DNA from: Phoronis australis
Lineage: Eukaryota; Animalia; Phoronida
Reading direction: 5' to 3'
Length of the DNA: 64,000 bases
Assembly: GCA_002633005.1 (NCBI GenBank)
Contig: NMRA01000678.1
Coordinates: 65,613-129,612 of the forward strand
Position numbers and translations under genes: made by a program. Below the pieces are notes generated by a model. That model was not told the origin of the DNA. It did no database searches and saw nothing but the letters and a program-made list of their open reading frames with translations. Numbering within the stretch: the first letter of the stretch is position 1; each line of letters opens with the position of its first letter. Below, piece after piece: positions 62,996-64,000 of this stretch.

Positions 62996-63794
62996 TCAGC
63001 AATTGGAATTTAAGGATAGATGTTTTTATTAAAAAACTCTAACAAAACGTGGTCAGAATCACTCGTTTATTAGCGAACGTGCAAGGTTTTCTTGGACTAA
63101 CAATTTTTTTTCTACTCTTTAGCAAAAAGAAAATTTTTAGCATACGGCCGAGCCGGGGAGGCATCAGGTAGATCGAACATCGAACCCAACAAATTTGAGC
63201 CTACGAAACGGCACAACGGGGGGAAACTTTGGGCGTGGAGGAAAATAACAGCAGCCAACCTGGGAACACAGGACAGGAGCAACATCATTCCGCGAAATGC
63301 GGGTGAGGGAAATAAATACCGTAAAGGAACCAAAAACAGGCTATGAAAACGTTTCGGAATAAAACCGAAAGAAAAAAAATATTGTTTTCAAAATTGAAGT
63401 TAAGGTAAAATTCTTTGTGTTAATGAAACTATTTCGCAATCTTGATCACGTTTTTTGTCGTTTTTATTTCCTCCTCAAAGGTAGACAAAAGTCTCAGTCA
63501 CTGTGAATTTTCCGAAATCTATTAATACAGCATTAACTTCAGTCGTAACTGGCCAATTTGATGATTATATTCGAAATGCAGCATACTATGACCAACAGGT
63601 TCAAGTTGTATTTCTGTGACGTATCGAGTATTTCGTGAGCCGCCTCCTCTAGTGATAGAGTATACTGATGGTGTATCCGAGTCGGCTGATCATCGAGATT
63701 TGGAAAATTTCACTCCAGTTTAACTAAATAATGTGAACGCTCGATTCTTTCAGTTCAGGCGTATTATACCTTATTGTAAACAGCAAATTAGGCG

Positions 63795-64000
63795 TGTTAG
63801 CATCAGGGGTTTTGTCAACATTTGTCGCGCACACGACTCACAAGTTGGCCTATACACCTGTATGAATCAGCTGCTCAACACGCTTGGGTGCAAGTAGTTT
63901 TGTAGTCTTCGGAGTATTGGGCGATGGATGGCTCTGCCCCACATAAAAATGGTAGATGTTCGGAGGAGTAGGCCAAATTCGAAGCTGCTGGACGATCGAG
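63795..64000 (+). repeat. Young dispersed repeat (copy of 34908-35117), runs off the window end
   Basis: Near-identical direct copy with a sharp 5' boundary at tgttagcatc. Confidence 0.92.

Overview
Eukaryotic, AT-rich invertebrate genomic DNA (probably a spiralian/lophotrochozoan, judged from the innexin and repeat types; the taxon cannot be fixed from this window). The main feature is missed by the ORF track: a head-to-tail cluster of three + strand paralogous 9-exon genes (A partial 2998-6764, B 21620-31744, C 42626-~50960) encoding Cys-poor, probably alpha-helical secreted proteins of about 270-330 aa that I cannot assign to a known family. The protein is built from phase 1-1 exons, many of exactly 114 nt. 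Between the recent duplicates A and B, parts of the coding exons have diverged far more than neighbouring intron sequence, which is the pattern seen in toxin, gamete-recognition and immune genes. The window also holds an innexin with a single coding exon (59263-60453, -), a two-exon RIM/unc-10 fragment (13682-14780), an orphan histone-type 3' stem-loop, a 5'-truncated L1/Tx1 LINE, a tRNA-derived SINE, several MITEs, a Penelope-like inverted repeat with a hammerhead-like motif, and two probable assembly duplications at single N bases. Gene models, alignments and counts were made by eye and need confirmation.
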